Notes: a model not told the origin generated them from the sequence alone. Positions 9,544 to 19,900 are shown, counted from the stretch's first letter. The stretch: 64,000 nt of DNA from an uncultured Prevotellaceae bacterium (GCA_946403615.1 CAMJAO010000001.1:2307-66306), one strand, 5' to 3'. Program-made: numbers and translations.

Positions 9544-9660
9544 AAAACGTGCGAAAAACGTGCGAAAAACGTGCGAAAAACGACTGAAAAACGGCCAAAA
9601 GACAGCCAAAAAACAGCCAAAAACGGCCAAAAAACGGCCAAAAATGGCAGAAAAATGCAC
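9542..9660 (+). repeat. Eleven 10-11 bp phased A-tract repeats (GAAAAACGTGC / AAAAAACGGCC)
   Basis: Read directly; three perfect GAAAAACGTGC copies at 9542-9574. Confidence 0.9.
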
Positions 9661-9704
9661 TTTTTGGGGCAAAATTTTGGTCTATTTTCAAAAAACAGGC
9701 TGAA

Positions 9705-9717
9705 AATCAGCGGTTTG
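9705..9717 (+). promoter_or_regulatory. IHF-type binding site
   Basis: AATCAG-CGGT-TTG matches WATCARNNNNTTR. Confidence 0.5.
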
Positions 9718-9872
9718 ACGTATAAAAATGAAAAAAGTCAAAAACGTGACACACATCGCAGGCCGGCCCACTCAGAAGGCACAAGGCAATTGCCCACCCC
9801 CCTGGGGGTGATATATGACCCCAACCCCTCCCCTCAGGGCGGTATCCATCCCCCTCTGCGTGAGAGATACGC

Positions 9873-9908
9873 TGTCTTTTCCTATAGAGCCAGACATCAT
9901 TATCTTTG
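9873..9908 (+). promoter_or_regulatory. Putative phage late promoter TGTCTTTT-N20-TATCTTTG
   Basis: Bacteroidetes -7 box TAnnTTTG with an upstream TGTCYTTT element, matched at 16895-16930. Confidence 0.55.
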
Positions 9909-9932
9909 CCCTATCACCAACACCATGAAGAG

Positions 9933-10208
9933 ATGACAGACCTATACATGGCAGTGCGCAAGATGCGACAGATATCAACCGCGGGCGGCACCTTCCGCCT
10001 GAAGTTCCGTAAATGGAACCGTGCGACGCAACGGGGTGGTGACATGGTGTATATAGAACATGCCCGCCTCCGTCAGAAAGCCGGTGACGAGAAGATAGAC
10101 CATGCCGATGATAAGCTGTTTCTGACTGACACCGACACAGGCCGGGCATTGAACTGCTGGCTCTGCTTAGTGATGGAGGTGGACGGCGAGCGAGTGGTGT
10201 TGCATTAG
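9933..10208 (+). CDS. Small phage protein upstream of portal
   Basis: ATG 9933 (MTDLYMAVRKMRQ...), co-oriented. Confidence 0.65.
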   Translation: MTDLYMAVRKMRQISTAGGTFRLKFRKWNRATQRGGDMVYIEHARLRQKAGDEKIDHADDKLFLTDTDTGRALNCWLCLVMEVDGERVVLH

Positions 10209-10232
10209 AGAAACCATAACCAGAGAAAAACA

Positions 10233-11591
10233 ATGAAGATACGACGCAGTGGCAACTTCGGGCTGGCAGAGTCTGACGGCCACCTCTATTCATTCAGCAT
10301 CGGCGGTCGCGGCAAGGGCTGGGAACCGTCGAGCATCCAACTGAGTGGCGGCGGCAGTTACCTGCGCCGCCGGATGACCGTGGGCGGTGTAGATATCATC
10401 CCCATGGGCGACAACAATATGCTGCCCGACCATGTGGCAGAACTGCTCGACCACTTCTATGCCGGCGAGGGTATCATGGGTAAGATAGCCGGGCTGCAGT
10501 GGGGCGACGGTCCGCGGCTGTATGAGGATGCCGTAGATGAGGCGACCAACAGGTTCTACCGCCGGTGGCTGGTCGATGAGGACATACAAGGCGAGCTGGA
10601 GGCGTGGGACTGGCAGTCGGTGCTGCATCGCTGCTTGGTGGACCTGACCCACATGCAGGGGTTCTTTGTGAAGTTCATCCGCAACCGAGGCCCACGACTC
10701 GGACTGCCCGGACGGTTGGTGCGGCTGGAGCATATCCCATACCAGAAGTGCCGGCTGGTGTATCCTCCCGACGATGCCGACACGCCTCGGGAGGTGGTCG
10801 TGGGCGACTTCCCCTATCCCGACCCTGCAAAGATGCACCGCTATCCTGTGTTCGACAGCCGCCATCCGTTTCGCCATGCCGTGTCGGTGAAGTACTACAA
10901 CATCTACAGCTTCTGCAAGGACTGGATAAGCACGCCGCGCTACCTCGGTGCATTCAAATGGCTGGAGCTGGCAGGCGGTCTGGCCGACATCCTCATCTCG
11001 TACAACAAGAACGCCAGTGCCATCTCGCTTCACATCGAGAGTCCGCAGTCATATTGGGACCGTGCCGAGGAGCGCATCAAGGAGATATGCGCCAAGACGG
11101 GCGAGCCATACAGTCCGAAGATGTTGGAAGAGTTCAAGGATGCAGCCATGGAGAAATTCGCCAGTCAGGTGGCGGGCGAAGAGAACGTGGGCAAGTATAT
11201 GCACACCACCAAGTTCTGGGATGTGGAGGCCGGTGCCTTCAACGGATGGACGGTGCAGCCGCTCGACAAGAAAATCAAGGACTACGTGGATGCCCAAATA
11301 GCCATCAGCAACAAAGCCGACGCGGCGGCCACCAGCGGTTTCGGACTCGACCCTGTGCTCTCTAACCTCATCATCGAAAACAAATTGAGCAGCGGCAGTG
11401 AGAAACTGTACAGCTTGAAAGTGTATAATGCCAGCGAGACGGCCATCCCTGACATGGTGCTGTGCCGCCCCGTCCAGGAATACCTGCAGGCCAACCACCC
11501 CGACCGCCGTTTGAAAGCCGGACTGTACCGCCCGGTGGTGGAGGCAGAGGCCAACGTAAGCCCGGATGCGAGAATGAAAGAGAACATCTAA
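10233..11591 (+). CDS. Probable portal protein
   Basis: 452 aa; follows terminase; PMGDNNMLP and SSGSEKLY segments are portal-like for Bacteroidales prophages. Confidence 0.7.
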   Translation: MKIRRSGNFGLAESDGHLYSFSIGGRGKGWEPSSIQLSGGGSYLRRRMTVGGVDIIPMGDNNMLPDHVAELLDHFYAGEGIMGKIAGLQWGDGPRLYEDAVDEATNRFYRRWLVDEDIQGELEAWDWQSVLHRCLVDLTHMQGFFVKFIRNRGPRLGLPGRLVRLEHIPYQKCRLVYPPDDADTPREVVVGDFPYPDPAKMHRYPVFDSRHPFRHAVSVKYYNIYSFCKDWISTPRYLGAFKWLELAGGLADILISYNKNASAISLHIESPQSYWDRAEERIKEICAKTGEPYSPKMLEEFKDAAMEKFASQVAGEENVGKYMHTTKFWDVEAGAFNGWTVQPLDKKIKDYVDAQIAISNKADAAATSGFGLDPVLSNLIIENKLSSGSEKLYSLKVYNASETAIPDMVLCRPVQEYLQANHPDRRLKAGLYRPVVEAEANVSPDARMKENI

Positions 11592-11602
11592 TCCCCAAGA
11601 CC

Positions 11603-12538
11603 ATGAACACATTATTTAATAAAGACGGCGACGGTAGCCGTGAACTGGTGTCGGTGCTCGGACTGATAGACGCTGACCTGAATTTTGACAAATGGGAACC
11701 GATATTGCCATTGGGACTGCGCGAACTGTCGGGCATCATCGGCAGCGACGTGACTTCTGCCATCTGCCAGCTTTACCACAGCGGAGCAGTTGAACCGGCT
11801 GAAACCATCGAGTGTGTGCGCCTGGCGCAACAGGCGGCGGCCATGTTCACCTGGCTGCGCGTCATCCCCACCTTAGAGGCACAACACGGCAACAGCGGTC
11901 GCAACAAGCGGCTGGGTGAGAATGAACAGGGACTGACGGCCTCGCAGGAGTTCAAGGACGAGGACAACATCCGCAACATGGCATACGAAGCCGTCGATGC
12001 GTTGGTGGCTCTGCTCGATGCGTATGCGCCCGACTTCTGGACAGCATCGGCCAAGCGCAAGGGGTTGAACCGTCTGCTTATCCGAAGCAAGGAGGCGTTT
12101 GACGATTATTATCATATCGGCAGCCACCGACTGTTTCTGACCCTGATACCGATGATCCGTGAAGTGCAGCAGGCACACATCATCCCCATCATCACCACCG
12201 GCCGATATGAGTCATTGCTTGCCGGCGACGAAGAGGTGGAGTCGGCCATCGGCGACGCTGTGCGCCGGCCATTGGCCCTGCTCACCATGAAAAAGGCGGT
12301 GGAGCGTCTGCCCGTCGAGGTACTGCCCAACGGTGTGGTGCAGGTGCAGCAGAGTGCCACCGTGCGCGACAAACTGCGTGCAGAGAAAAGTGCCCGTGAG
12401 AGTGTGGCAGCCAGTCTGGAGCAGGATGCGCAAAGCCAGCTGCAGCACCTGGCCGACCTGATAGCACTGATGGACGAGCCGCCGGCAGAACTCTATGTGC
12501 CAGGTGTGACCATACAGTCAAAAGGCATTACGTTCTGA
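11603..12538 (+). CDS. Head-tail connector-like protein (DUF6712-like)
   Basis: Start MNTLFNK at 11603; helical protein directly after portal. Confidence 0.6.
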   Translation: MNTLFNKDGDGSRELVSVLGLIDADLNFDKWEPILPLGLRELSGIIGSDVTSAICQLYHSGAVEPAETIECVRLAQQAAAMFTWLRVIPTLEAQHGNSGRNKRLGENEQGLTASQEFKDEDNIRNMAYEAVDALVALLDAYAPDFWTASAKRKGLNRLLIRSKEAFDDYYHIGSHRLFLTLIPMIREVQQAHIIPIITTGRYESLLAGDEEVESAIGDAVRRPLALLTMKKAVERLPVEVLPNGVVQVQQSATVRDKLRAEKSARESVAASLEQDAQSQLQHLADLIALMDEPPAELYVPGVTIQSKGITF

Positions 12539-12584
12539 CCAATGACCATTTAACGTTTTGGGGCGTGATTATTTATTGTAACCT

Positions 12585-14750
12585 ATGCGAATCGAAATCA
12601 ATAACGAGTCTCTGGATCTGGGCGGCGACTTCACCATGCAGACCGACGATACCAGTCCCGTCATGAACGACAGGGGCTGCCAGACTGTGCCCGTCACCAT
12701 ACCCTGCACGCCGCATAATGTCAGGCTCGTGGGATTCCCGCACCGGCTTGATGCCGACGTGCAGACTACCGGCCTGCCATGCCGTGTCGTCAACGGCGCA
12801 CATATCCGCTCAGGCACTATGAATATCGTGCAGGCCTCGCAAGAGAAGGGCATCACGCTCAATATCGGTTTCGACAACGCAGAGGCATACACCCGGTGGC
12901 AGGACACTCAGCTGCGCTCGCTACAATGGCCGAAAGAGGAATACGAGTCTGTGGCCGCGCTCTGTCAGCGGATGGCTGGAGTGTGTGCCGGCACCGTGAC
13001 CGATGCGCCCTACGAGGTGTTCACCGTGCAGGTGGCTGACGACACTCACGAAAATACATCGTATCCTATCTTCTTGAATCAGTTGCGGGATGACGACGGG
13101 CAGGAGTCGCTTGTCAGCGAGCGGCGCACAGAGACGCAGATCATCAACGGCACCCCCTCGCAGGTGACATTGCCACAGGGCTACGGCGTGGCTCCGTTCC
13201 TAAGGGTGGGCGAGACTCTCGAGCTTCTCTTTCAGGGGTCCGGCTATGCGCTGCAGACCAATCCTTTCAAAGACGAGGAGTCGCTCAGCCAGCTTGTCAT
13301 CCTGCACAACACCGCCGATGCCTGTGTCCGTGCCTCGCTCCATTATGCCGACCTGCTGCCCGACTGCACCGTCCAGGATCTGCTCAATGCCTTGTTCGTC
13401 CGCTTCGGCATGGTCTATACCGTCAACACAGACGACAAAACGGCCAACATCCGGCTCATACGTGACATCGTGGCCGATAGTCCGGCCCTTGCGCTCGACG
13501 CGTTCATCACTTCACGTCCCGCCATCTCTTACGAGAAGCCCCGCCAGCTGGTGCTCAGTGCGAAGACTTCGCTTACGAGTGCCGCGCCGCCCAAGCCGCG
13601 TTTCGAGGATTTCTACAACGGCTCCAGCCTGCAAGTCGTCGACATGGAGTGGGAGGCTACTGTGAGAGATGCCCCGACTGCGTCGTATATCTGGGCGCGC
13701 AACACGAACAACTGGCTGCGCTATGACACGGCTTCAAAAGAAGATAGGAAGGTGTCGCGTGTAGGAACGTCGTTCTTCGATTGGGACCGTCAGACCCCGG
13801 GCGTGGACAAAGAGGAGCTGTCGAGCGACGACGAATGTGTGCCAGTCGTGGCTTCTACGATGCCACCAATGCGCATCGTGCCGCTCTATCTCTGTGGCAC
13901 ATCGCACCGCCACACGTATGTGGCCAACGCCAAGAGCAAAGATGCCGTCACAGCCGACTCCCCCCTGGCGTTCTGTATCGCCTTCCCCCTTGTCATGGGG
14001 CAGAGGATTGCTACTTTCGGGTCTTCGTTTCCTTACGATTACATAGGCGACCGTATGAAGACGACCGACGGACAAGACTTTCCCTTCTCGCTCTCCTTCC
14101 AGTTCACCGACGGACTGTTCGCCCTGTTCTGGCGAGGCTACGATGCCATCCTGCGGCACGCCTGGCGCGCGGTCGAGGTCGATGTGAGACTGCCCATGCC
14201 CGTGTTGCGCTCCGCCGACATGCTCACACCTGTCGCACTGCAGGGGCAGCGGCTGCTCTACGATAAGATGCAATACACGCTACCGGCTGGTGCCGATATC
14301 CCCGCTACGCTCAGCCTGCGCACCCTGCGGCTGCATGATGCCGCCGACATCGACACCGAGCAGGGCATCACCCATCCCACAGACCTGAAGACCTGCCACT
14401 GGTTCTTGGAGAGCGACAACTTCCAGACGGCTCTGGATTCATGGATCGAGGAATGCGAACAGCAGGCGAAAGAGACGGCACGACGCGAATATAGCGGCAG
14501 TACGGGCAGTGCCACACCACACGACGAGGAATACACCAAGAGCGAGCCCACGCCAGCGACCGACACCCTGGTCATAGAAGAGGTGCCGCCGTCGGCTGGT
14601 GCTTTCCTCCATCGCACGTATCATGCCACCGCCAAGGTGTCTGTCTCGGTGTTGATCAACGGGGAGGGCAGCGCCCCGTCGTGGTGGGCTGAGTATGACT
14701 ACGAGACCGACGACCTCTCCTACACCGCCACCTGGATAGCGATAGAATAG
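12585..14750 (+). CDS. Minor tail/baseplate hub-like protein
   Basis: 721 aa; N-terminus (LDL...PVTIPCTPHNVRLVGFP) and LPDCTVQDLLNAL resemble tail-tip proteins. Confidence 0.55.
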   Translation: MRIEINNESLDLGGDFTMQTDDTSPVMNDRGCQTVPVTIPCTPHNVRLVGFPHRLDADVQTTGLPCRVVNGAHIRSGTMNIVQASQEKGITLNIGFDNAEAYTRWQDTQLRSLQWPKEEYESVAALCQRMAGVCAGTVTDAPYEVFTVQVADDTHENTSYPIFLNQLRDDDGQESLVSERRTETQIINGTPSQVTLPQGYGVAPFLRVGETLELLFQGSGYALQTNPFKDEESLSQLVILHNTADACVRASLHYADLLPDCTVQDLLNALFVRFGMVYTVNTDDKTANIRLIRDIVADSPALALDAFITSRPAISYEKPRQLVLSAKTSLTSAAPPKPRFEDFYNGSSLQVVDMEWEATVRDAPTASYIWARNTNNWLRYDTASKEDRKVSRVGTSFFDWDRQTPGVDKEELSSDDECVPVVASTMPPMRIVPLYLCGTSHRHTYVANAKSKDAVTADSPLAFCIAFPLVMGQRIATFGSSFPYDYIGDRMKTTDGQDFPFSLSFQFTDGLFALFWRGYDAILRHAWRAVEVDVRLPMPVLRSADMLTPVALQGQRLLYDKMQYTLPAGADIPATLSLRTLRLHDAADIDTEQGITHPTDLKTCHWFLESDNFQTALDSWIEECEQQAKETARREYSGSTGSATPHDEEYTKSEPTPATDTLVIEEVPPSAGAFLHRTYHATAKVSVSVLINGEGSAPSWWAEYDYETDDLSYTATWIAIE

Positions 14751-14780
14751 GATGATCAATTCCCATGAACAGCGTAGCGT

Positions 14781-15563
14781 ATGAAAGTACAATTCCGAGG
14801 TAAGAAAAGGGAAATACCCGAATATTTGGAAGAGCTGACCGCCGACCAATATGTGCGCTGGCTCTCGCTTGCCGCGCTCTATCAAGGCGGTGCCATCAGC
14901 ATGGAGGTGCTGCGTGTGGCGTGGCTCAGTCACCTGTTAGGACTGAAGACCGACTATACAGCCTACCAGCCCGCCATCGCGGCCGAGGCCGCCCGGCTGA
15001 TGTCATGCACCGACGGGTTCTACGACACCGAGGTCAGGGATGGCGTCGCCGTGCTGTCGCCACGTCTGCTCACCGGCAAGCAGATGCTGCCCGATTTCAT
15101 GGGATGGCACGGCCCCGGCGACATGCTCCACGGCATGACCTTCGGAGCATTCACCGACAGTCTCACACTGCTTGATGAAGCACGCCGCACGACCGACACC
15201 GAGGCGCTCGGTACAATCTACGAGCAGATAGCACGGCAGATGTACCATGCCGCCACCGCCGACGCACCGCCGCGACCGCCACGCCTGCTGGTCATCCATG
15301 CAGTGAACATGCTGGCCGAGGTGTGGCGGCAGATCGTCAACGAACCGATAGAGGTCAACGGGGCACAGATAGACTTCGGCATCCTCTTCCGCAAGGGCGG
15401 AGGCTCGCGTGCCGACGACAAGACGGGCTGGAGCGGTATCGCCATGGAGGTGGCACAGCAGGGCGTGTTCGGTCCGATGACCGGCGTCGCCGCCGCCCCC
15501 ATGTGGGATGTGCTCCTCTACCTGTATAAATGCAAGTTCGAGACCCTCAACAACAAACACTAA
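14781..15563 (+). CDS. Phage hypothetical protein (tail module)
   Basis: 260-aa co-oriented ORF. Confidence 0.65.
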   Translation: MKVQFRGKKREIPEYLEELTADQYVRWLSLAALYQGGAISMEVLRVAWLSHLLGLKTDYTAYQPAIAAEAARLMSCTDGFYDTEVRDGVAVLSPRLLTGKQMLPDFMGWHGPGDMLHGMTFGAFTDSLTLLDEARRTTDTEALGTIYEQIARQMYHAATADAPPRPPRLLVIHAVNMLAEVWRQIVNEPIEVNGAQIDFGILFRKGGGSRADDKTGWSGIAMEVAQQGVFGPMTGVAAAPMWDVLLYLYKCKFETLNNKH

Positions 15564-15647
15564 TCCCTCAACCCTCAACCCTCAACAAAGTGTAAGAACA
15601 CTAAACACTGTACCCTAAACCCTAAACCCTAAACCCTAAACCCTAAA
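15564..15647 (+). repeat. Heptamer array including (CCCTAAA)5
   Basis: CCCTCAA x3, then CACTAAA-like units, then five perfect CCCTAAA at 15613-15647. Confidence 0.9.
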
Positions 15648-15653
15648 CAAAGC

Positions 15654-16094
15654 ATGGTATCATTACAAGATTATGAGGCATACTGGGAGGGCGTAGCCCG
15701 CCGGGTGCCAGGCATACGTCAGACAGCGTATGTGACCGTCGATCAAGACATGAGCAAGCGCATCGGCGCACTGGGGCGTGACGAGTCGCCCGTACTGTTC
15801 GTAGTAGTGCCCAGTGCCGGCACCGAGGGGCGCGTGGTCGATGCCCTCTACGAGCGGCACGTGGGCATTGTGTTCGTCATGGCCAAGTACGATGCCCAGC
15901 GAGGGGGCAGTTACGCTATCCTCAAAGAGACACAACCGCTGATGGAGCAGGTGAAGGCCTTGCTTCTGGCCGACAGTGCCATGGGATGTCCCGTGCTCGG
16001 CGAGTTAGATCTGAACAGCCTCTCCACACTGCCCGAAAGCGACTCCTTCGGCATGATGGCAGGATGGAGTCTCGGGTTCTCATTTATAAAATGA
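15654..16094 (+). CDS. Putative tail terminator/completion protein
   Basis: 146 aa; size, position and a C-terminal GWSLGFSF strand. Confidence 0.5.
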   Translation: MVSLQDYEAYWEGVARRVPGIRQTAYVTVDQDMSKRIGALGRDESPVLFVVVPSAGTEGRVVDALYERHVGIVFVMAKYDAQRGGSYAILKETQPLMEQVKALLLADSAMGCPVLGELDLNSLSTLPESDSFGMMAGWSLGFSFIK

Positions 16095-16125
16095 ACACTA
16101 AACACTCAACCCTAAACCCTAAACG

Positions 16126-16512
16126 ATGAACATAGACCATGCGATAACCACCCTCTCACGGGGCATCGAAGAGATATACCGAAAGCAGCTCGAAATAGCC
16201 GAGCAGCGCATCTACGGCAACCTGTCAATGCCGGAACGTGTGAAGAGACGCACCGGACATCTGCGCGACGCGCTGGCCGCCCGGCGCTTTAGCGTGAGTC
16301 GCGACGGCCAGGGGGTGCGCACCACCGCCGACGTGCCGCTCTACCTTCGGTTCCTCGACATGAAGCGATTCGGCAACCACCAGATTTACAACCGCCAGGT
16401 GTATGGCATCCTCTACCACCAGGTGCTCAACCGCATCAAATACGGCTTCACCGACGAGATGGCACAGCAGATACGCGACGAACTCATCCGGGCAGGGGCT
16501 TATTTGAAATAA
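16126..16512 (+). CDS. Putative neck/tail completion protein (HK97 gp10-like)
   Basis: Basic protein with RTGHLRDAL and YLRFLDM motifs. Confidence 0.5.
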   Translation: MNIDHAITTLSRGIEEIYRKQLEIAEQRIYGNLSMPERVKRRTGHLRDALAARRFSVSRDGQGVRTTADVPLYLRFLDMKRFGNHQIYNRQVYGILYHQVLNRIKYGFTDEMAQQIRDELIRAGAYLK

Positions 16513-16546
16513 AAAATAAAAAACTGCTATCTTGAACGGATAGCAG
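16511..16546 (-). terminator. Terminator of the antisense moron
   Basis: CTGCTATC-N7-GATAGCAG hairpin with an A-rich run at 16511-16523 (U tract on the minus strand). Confidence 0.7.
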
Positions 16547-16576
16547 AGAATCAAGTTATTTATACATTTCAGACAC

Positions 16577-16801
16577 TCATGGATAAGAGATAGGATAATT
16601 GGCATCGCATTCAGAATTCATTATTCTGATGATGAGATACTGTAATGGGAACATGATGATGGGGGTAAATATGATAGTCGCGCAAAAGAACAGCCAAGCC
16701 CTGAAATGGTTCTTCGGCCAATATTTTGTGCAGGAGAAAAGCAGTTGAAGCACAAAATTAACCACAAGGTATATAATAAATAAGAGTGTGTCAGTTTCCA
16801 T
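16577..16801 (-). CDS. AT-rich moron: 74-aa two-TM membrane protein
   Basis: Two hydrophobic segments; antisense to the late operon; has its own promoter and terminator. Confidence 0.7.
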   Translation of the reverse strand: METDTLLFIIYLVVNFVLQLLFSCTKYWPKNHFRAWLFFCATIIFTPIIMFPLQYLIIRIMNSECDANYPISYP

Positions 16802-16828
16802 ATCAGTGGATTATTGGTGTTTACATTG

Positions 16829-16860
16829 CAAATATAGCTGTTTTATTCTACATTGCCAAA
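16829..16860 (-). promoter_or_regulatory. Canonical Bacteroidetes sigma-A promoter of the moron
   Basis: Minus strand reads TTTG-N20-TATATTTG, 27 nt upstream of the ATG. Confidence 0.7.
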
Positions 16861-16894
16861 CCTTACGTCAACTTTTTTCTAAACCATGGTGTTT

Positions 16895-16930
16895 TGTCCT
16901 TTTACTTTTTTTATCATTCACTTATTTTTG
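16895..16930 (+). promoter_or_regulatory. Putative phage late promoter TGTCCTTT-N20-TATTTTTG
   Basis: Same spacing as 9873-9908; 21 nt before the tape measure ATG. Confidence 0.55.
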
Positions 16931-16951
16931 CCAAAGAAATGACAACTCGAC

Positions 16952-19900
16952 ATGGCAAAAGGCAATAAAATTCAGACCGATTATATCAACTGGGTGGTGA
17001 CGCTCAATGCGTCGCAAGCTCAGAAGGAAATCCATAACGTTACAGAGAGCACGCGCGAACTGGAAAAACAGAATAAGGAGTTCCGCAAGCAGATGGGTGA
17101 ACTTGACAATAGTTCATCCGACTATAAAAAACGCCTGGACGAACTCAATCAGAAGATCACTGCCAACAATAAAATCATCTCTGAGAATAAGGAAAAGCAG
17201 AAGCTGCTTACCCGGCAGTTGGATAAGTCGCAGATGACCGCCAACCAACTGGCCAAGGAAATGCGAAATCTGCAGCGTGAGTTGCGCAACACATCCAAGG
17301 CCACTGACCCCAAACGATACAAGGAACTGGAGCAGGAATTGGAGCGTACAGCCAAAGCATACAGAAATGCCGTGTCAAGTTCAAAGAGTTTTGGGGAAAA
17401 ATTAAAAGACATTTCTAAGCCGATAGAGGCTGTCAAGGGTGCCTTGTGGAACGTCGGACAGTCCATCCTCTCCACTTTTGCCAACGCCTTCAAAAACGCC
17501 TTCAACGTCATCGCCGACTTCGAGGCGCAGCAGTCTAAGCTCGCCGCCATCATGCAATCCACCAAGGAGGGCATCGCCGACATGACCGAGCAGGCACGAC
17601 AGCTCGGTGCCACCACCTCATACACCGCCGGCGAAGTCACCAGCCTGCAGGTGGAACTCGCTAAGCTCGGTTTCCTCAAGGAAGACATCAAGGCCATGAC
17701 ACCCGAGGTGCTCAAGTTCGCACGAGCCGTAGATACCGACCTCGGCAGCGCAGCCGCACTCACCGGAGCAGCACTGCGCATCTTCGGCATGAACGCCGAC
17801 GAAACGGGGCGCGCCGTCTCTGCCATGGCCATCGGCACCACGTCATCCGCACTCTCCTTCTCATACCTCGAAAACGCACTCTCCACCGTCGGACCCGTAG
17901 CCAACTCCTTCGGATTCACACTCGAAGAGACCACCGCGCTCCTCGGACAGCTCGCCAACTCCGGATTCGACGCATCCTCTGCTGCCACAGCCATACGCAA
18001 CCTCATGCTCAACATGGCCGACTCCTCCGGCAAACTCGCCAAGGCACTCGGACAACCCGTGCACAACCTCGACGACCTCGTCGCCGGACTCCAGAAACTA
18101 CAGGCCGAAGGCATCAACCTCGCAGAGGCGCTCGAACTCTCCGACAAACGCAGCGTGGCCGCTTTCCAGACCTTCCTCAACGGAGCCGACAACATCAAGA
18201 CGCTACGCGACAACGTGACCGACTGTCAGGGGGCTTTTGACCAAATGAGCGAGGAGATGGGCGACAACGTGCGCGGGTCGCTCGCCATCCTCTCCTCTAC
18301 CATCGAGGGACTCATCCTGCGACTGTACGACAGCCGGGGCATACTCAAACTGCTCGTCGATGCCATCACCAAGGTCTTTGAAGCCATCGGGTGGGTCATA
18401 GATAATATCGGCACATTCTTGAAATGGCTGACACCCGCCATCGTGTCTGTCACGGCATTCAAGGTAGCACTGCTCGCCTCGGAAGCGGCTGCCAAACTCA
18501 AAACCAAAGCGATGATCGCCGATACCGTAGCCACAGGAACAGCCACCAAGGCTAACAACATATTCTCAGTAGCGGTAGGCAAGGCGAGCGCCGGCATCAA
18601 AAAACTATTCGCACTCATTAAGGCGCATCCACTCGCCACATTCTTATCTGCCGTGTCATTAGTGGCCACCGCCGTGGCATTGTGGACATCCAAGTCAGAA
18701 GAGGCTGCAGACGCACAAGCCAAGGTCAACAAGATCACGGCCGAGGCCGAAGCCGAGGGTGCCAAGGAGAAAGCCATGCTCGATAACCTCTATAAAGCCA
18801 CCCAAAACCAGACGCTCGCCATCGAGCAGCGTCGTATAGCAGCCGAGATGCTCCAGAAAAAATATCCCGAATGGTTTGCCAACCTCACTACCGAGGAGAT
18901 ACTGGCAGGAAAAGCAGCCGATGCCTACGAAAGATTGCAAAAACAAATCATAGGAGCGGCAAAAGCCCATGCCTATAATAAGCGACTGGAACAGCTTGCA
19001 GAAGAAGACTATGAGGACGAGAAACAAGAGGAAGAAGATAGAAAATGGCTGGATGAAAACCAATCTAAATATGACAGATTAGAGGCTCGTTCTCAAGATG
19101 AGAAGAACCTTGAAATGGTGGCTGGCTATGTAAATGGAGTGAAGATTGGCGGGTCGAATTTAGACAAAAATACAAAATTCAAACAAGAGTACGCTAAGCG
19201 AAGTGCAAGATATGAATCTACCCGAACGCGTCGCAAGACGAGAGGGGAGGAACAGAATCTCCTCGTGGATAAAATCACAGCTGTCGAGGCAGTAACACCC
19301 ACCACACCGACGAAGCCCACCACAACCGGCAACCGCTATGCCGACCCGAAGAAGACGGGGAACACCCACAAGGAAAGCCCGGCGCAGAAAGCCCTCAAGG
19401 AACTGCAAGCCGAGCACGACGCACGTATGGCACAGATAGAGGCCAACGGCAGGGAAGAGCAGCAGCTGGAGACTGAAATCAACATAGAGAAGGCACGCGA
19501 GGCGGAACGCTTTGCCCAGGAGCGTATAGCCAAGGCCGAGGAACTGGCGGCGGCCACCAGTGCAAGCGACGAAAAAGAACTGACCCGACTGAAAGAGATG
19601 AAGGCTAAGGGCGAGGCAGACCTCACCAAAGCCCTCGACGACATCGAGGATGCCGTCGTCGCGCGAGAGCAGGACAACCGCGACCGGCGACTCCAACTCG
19701 AAACCACATACTATCAACAGCAGGCCGACACGCTCGAGCGCGCACTCCTCAGCCAAGACATCACACAGCAGCAGCACGACGCATATATGATGGAGGTCAA
19801 CGAGGCACACCACCAGCAACTGCTACAGATACACCGCGACTACGCCGACAACCTGGCCGAGATAGACATCTACTCCAACGACCGGCGCGAGCAGTTGCAG

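Noticed and set aside
9542..9660. CRISPR array
   Set aside because: Units are contiguous 10-11 bp repeats with no unique spacers, and no cas genes are present.
9207..9936. ORFs 9207-9641, 9415-9672, 9476-9691, 9506-9703 and 9571-9936
   Set aside because: They are low-complexity translations of the A-tract repeat with no credible start or product.
15613..15647. Plant telomere contamination or a chromosome end
   Set aside because: Only five copies, embedded among degenerate heptamers between intact co-oriented phage genes.
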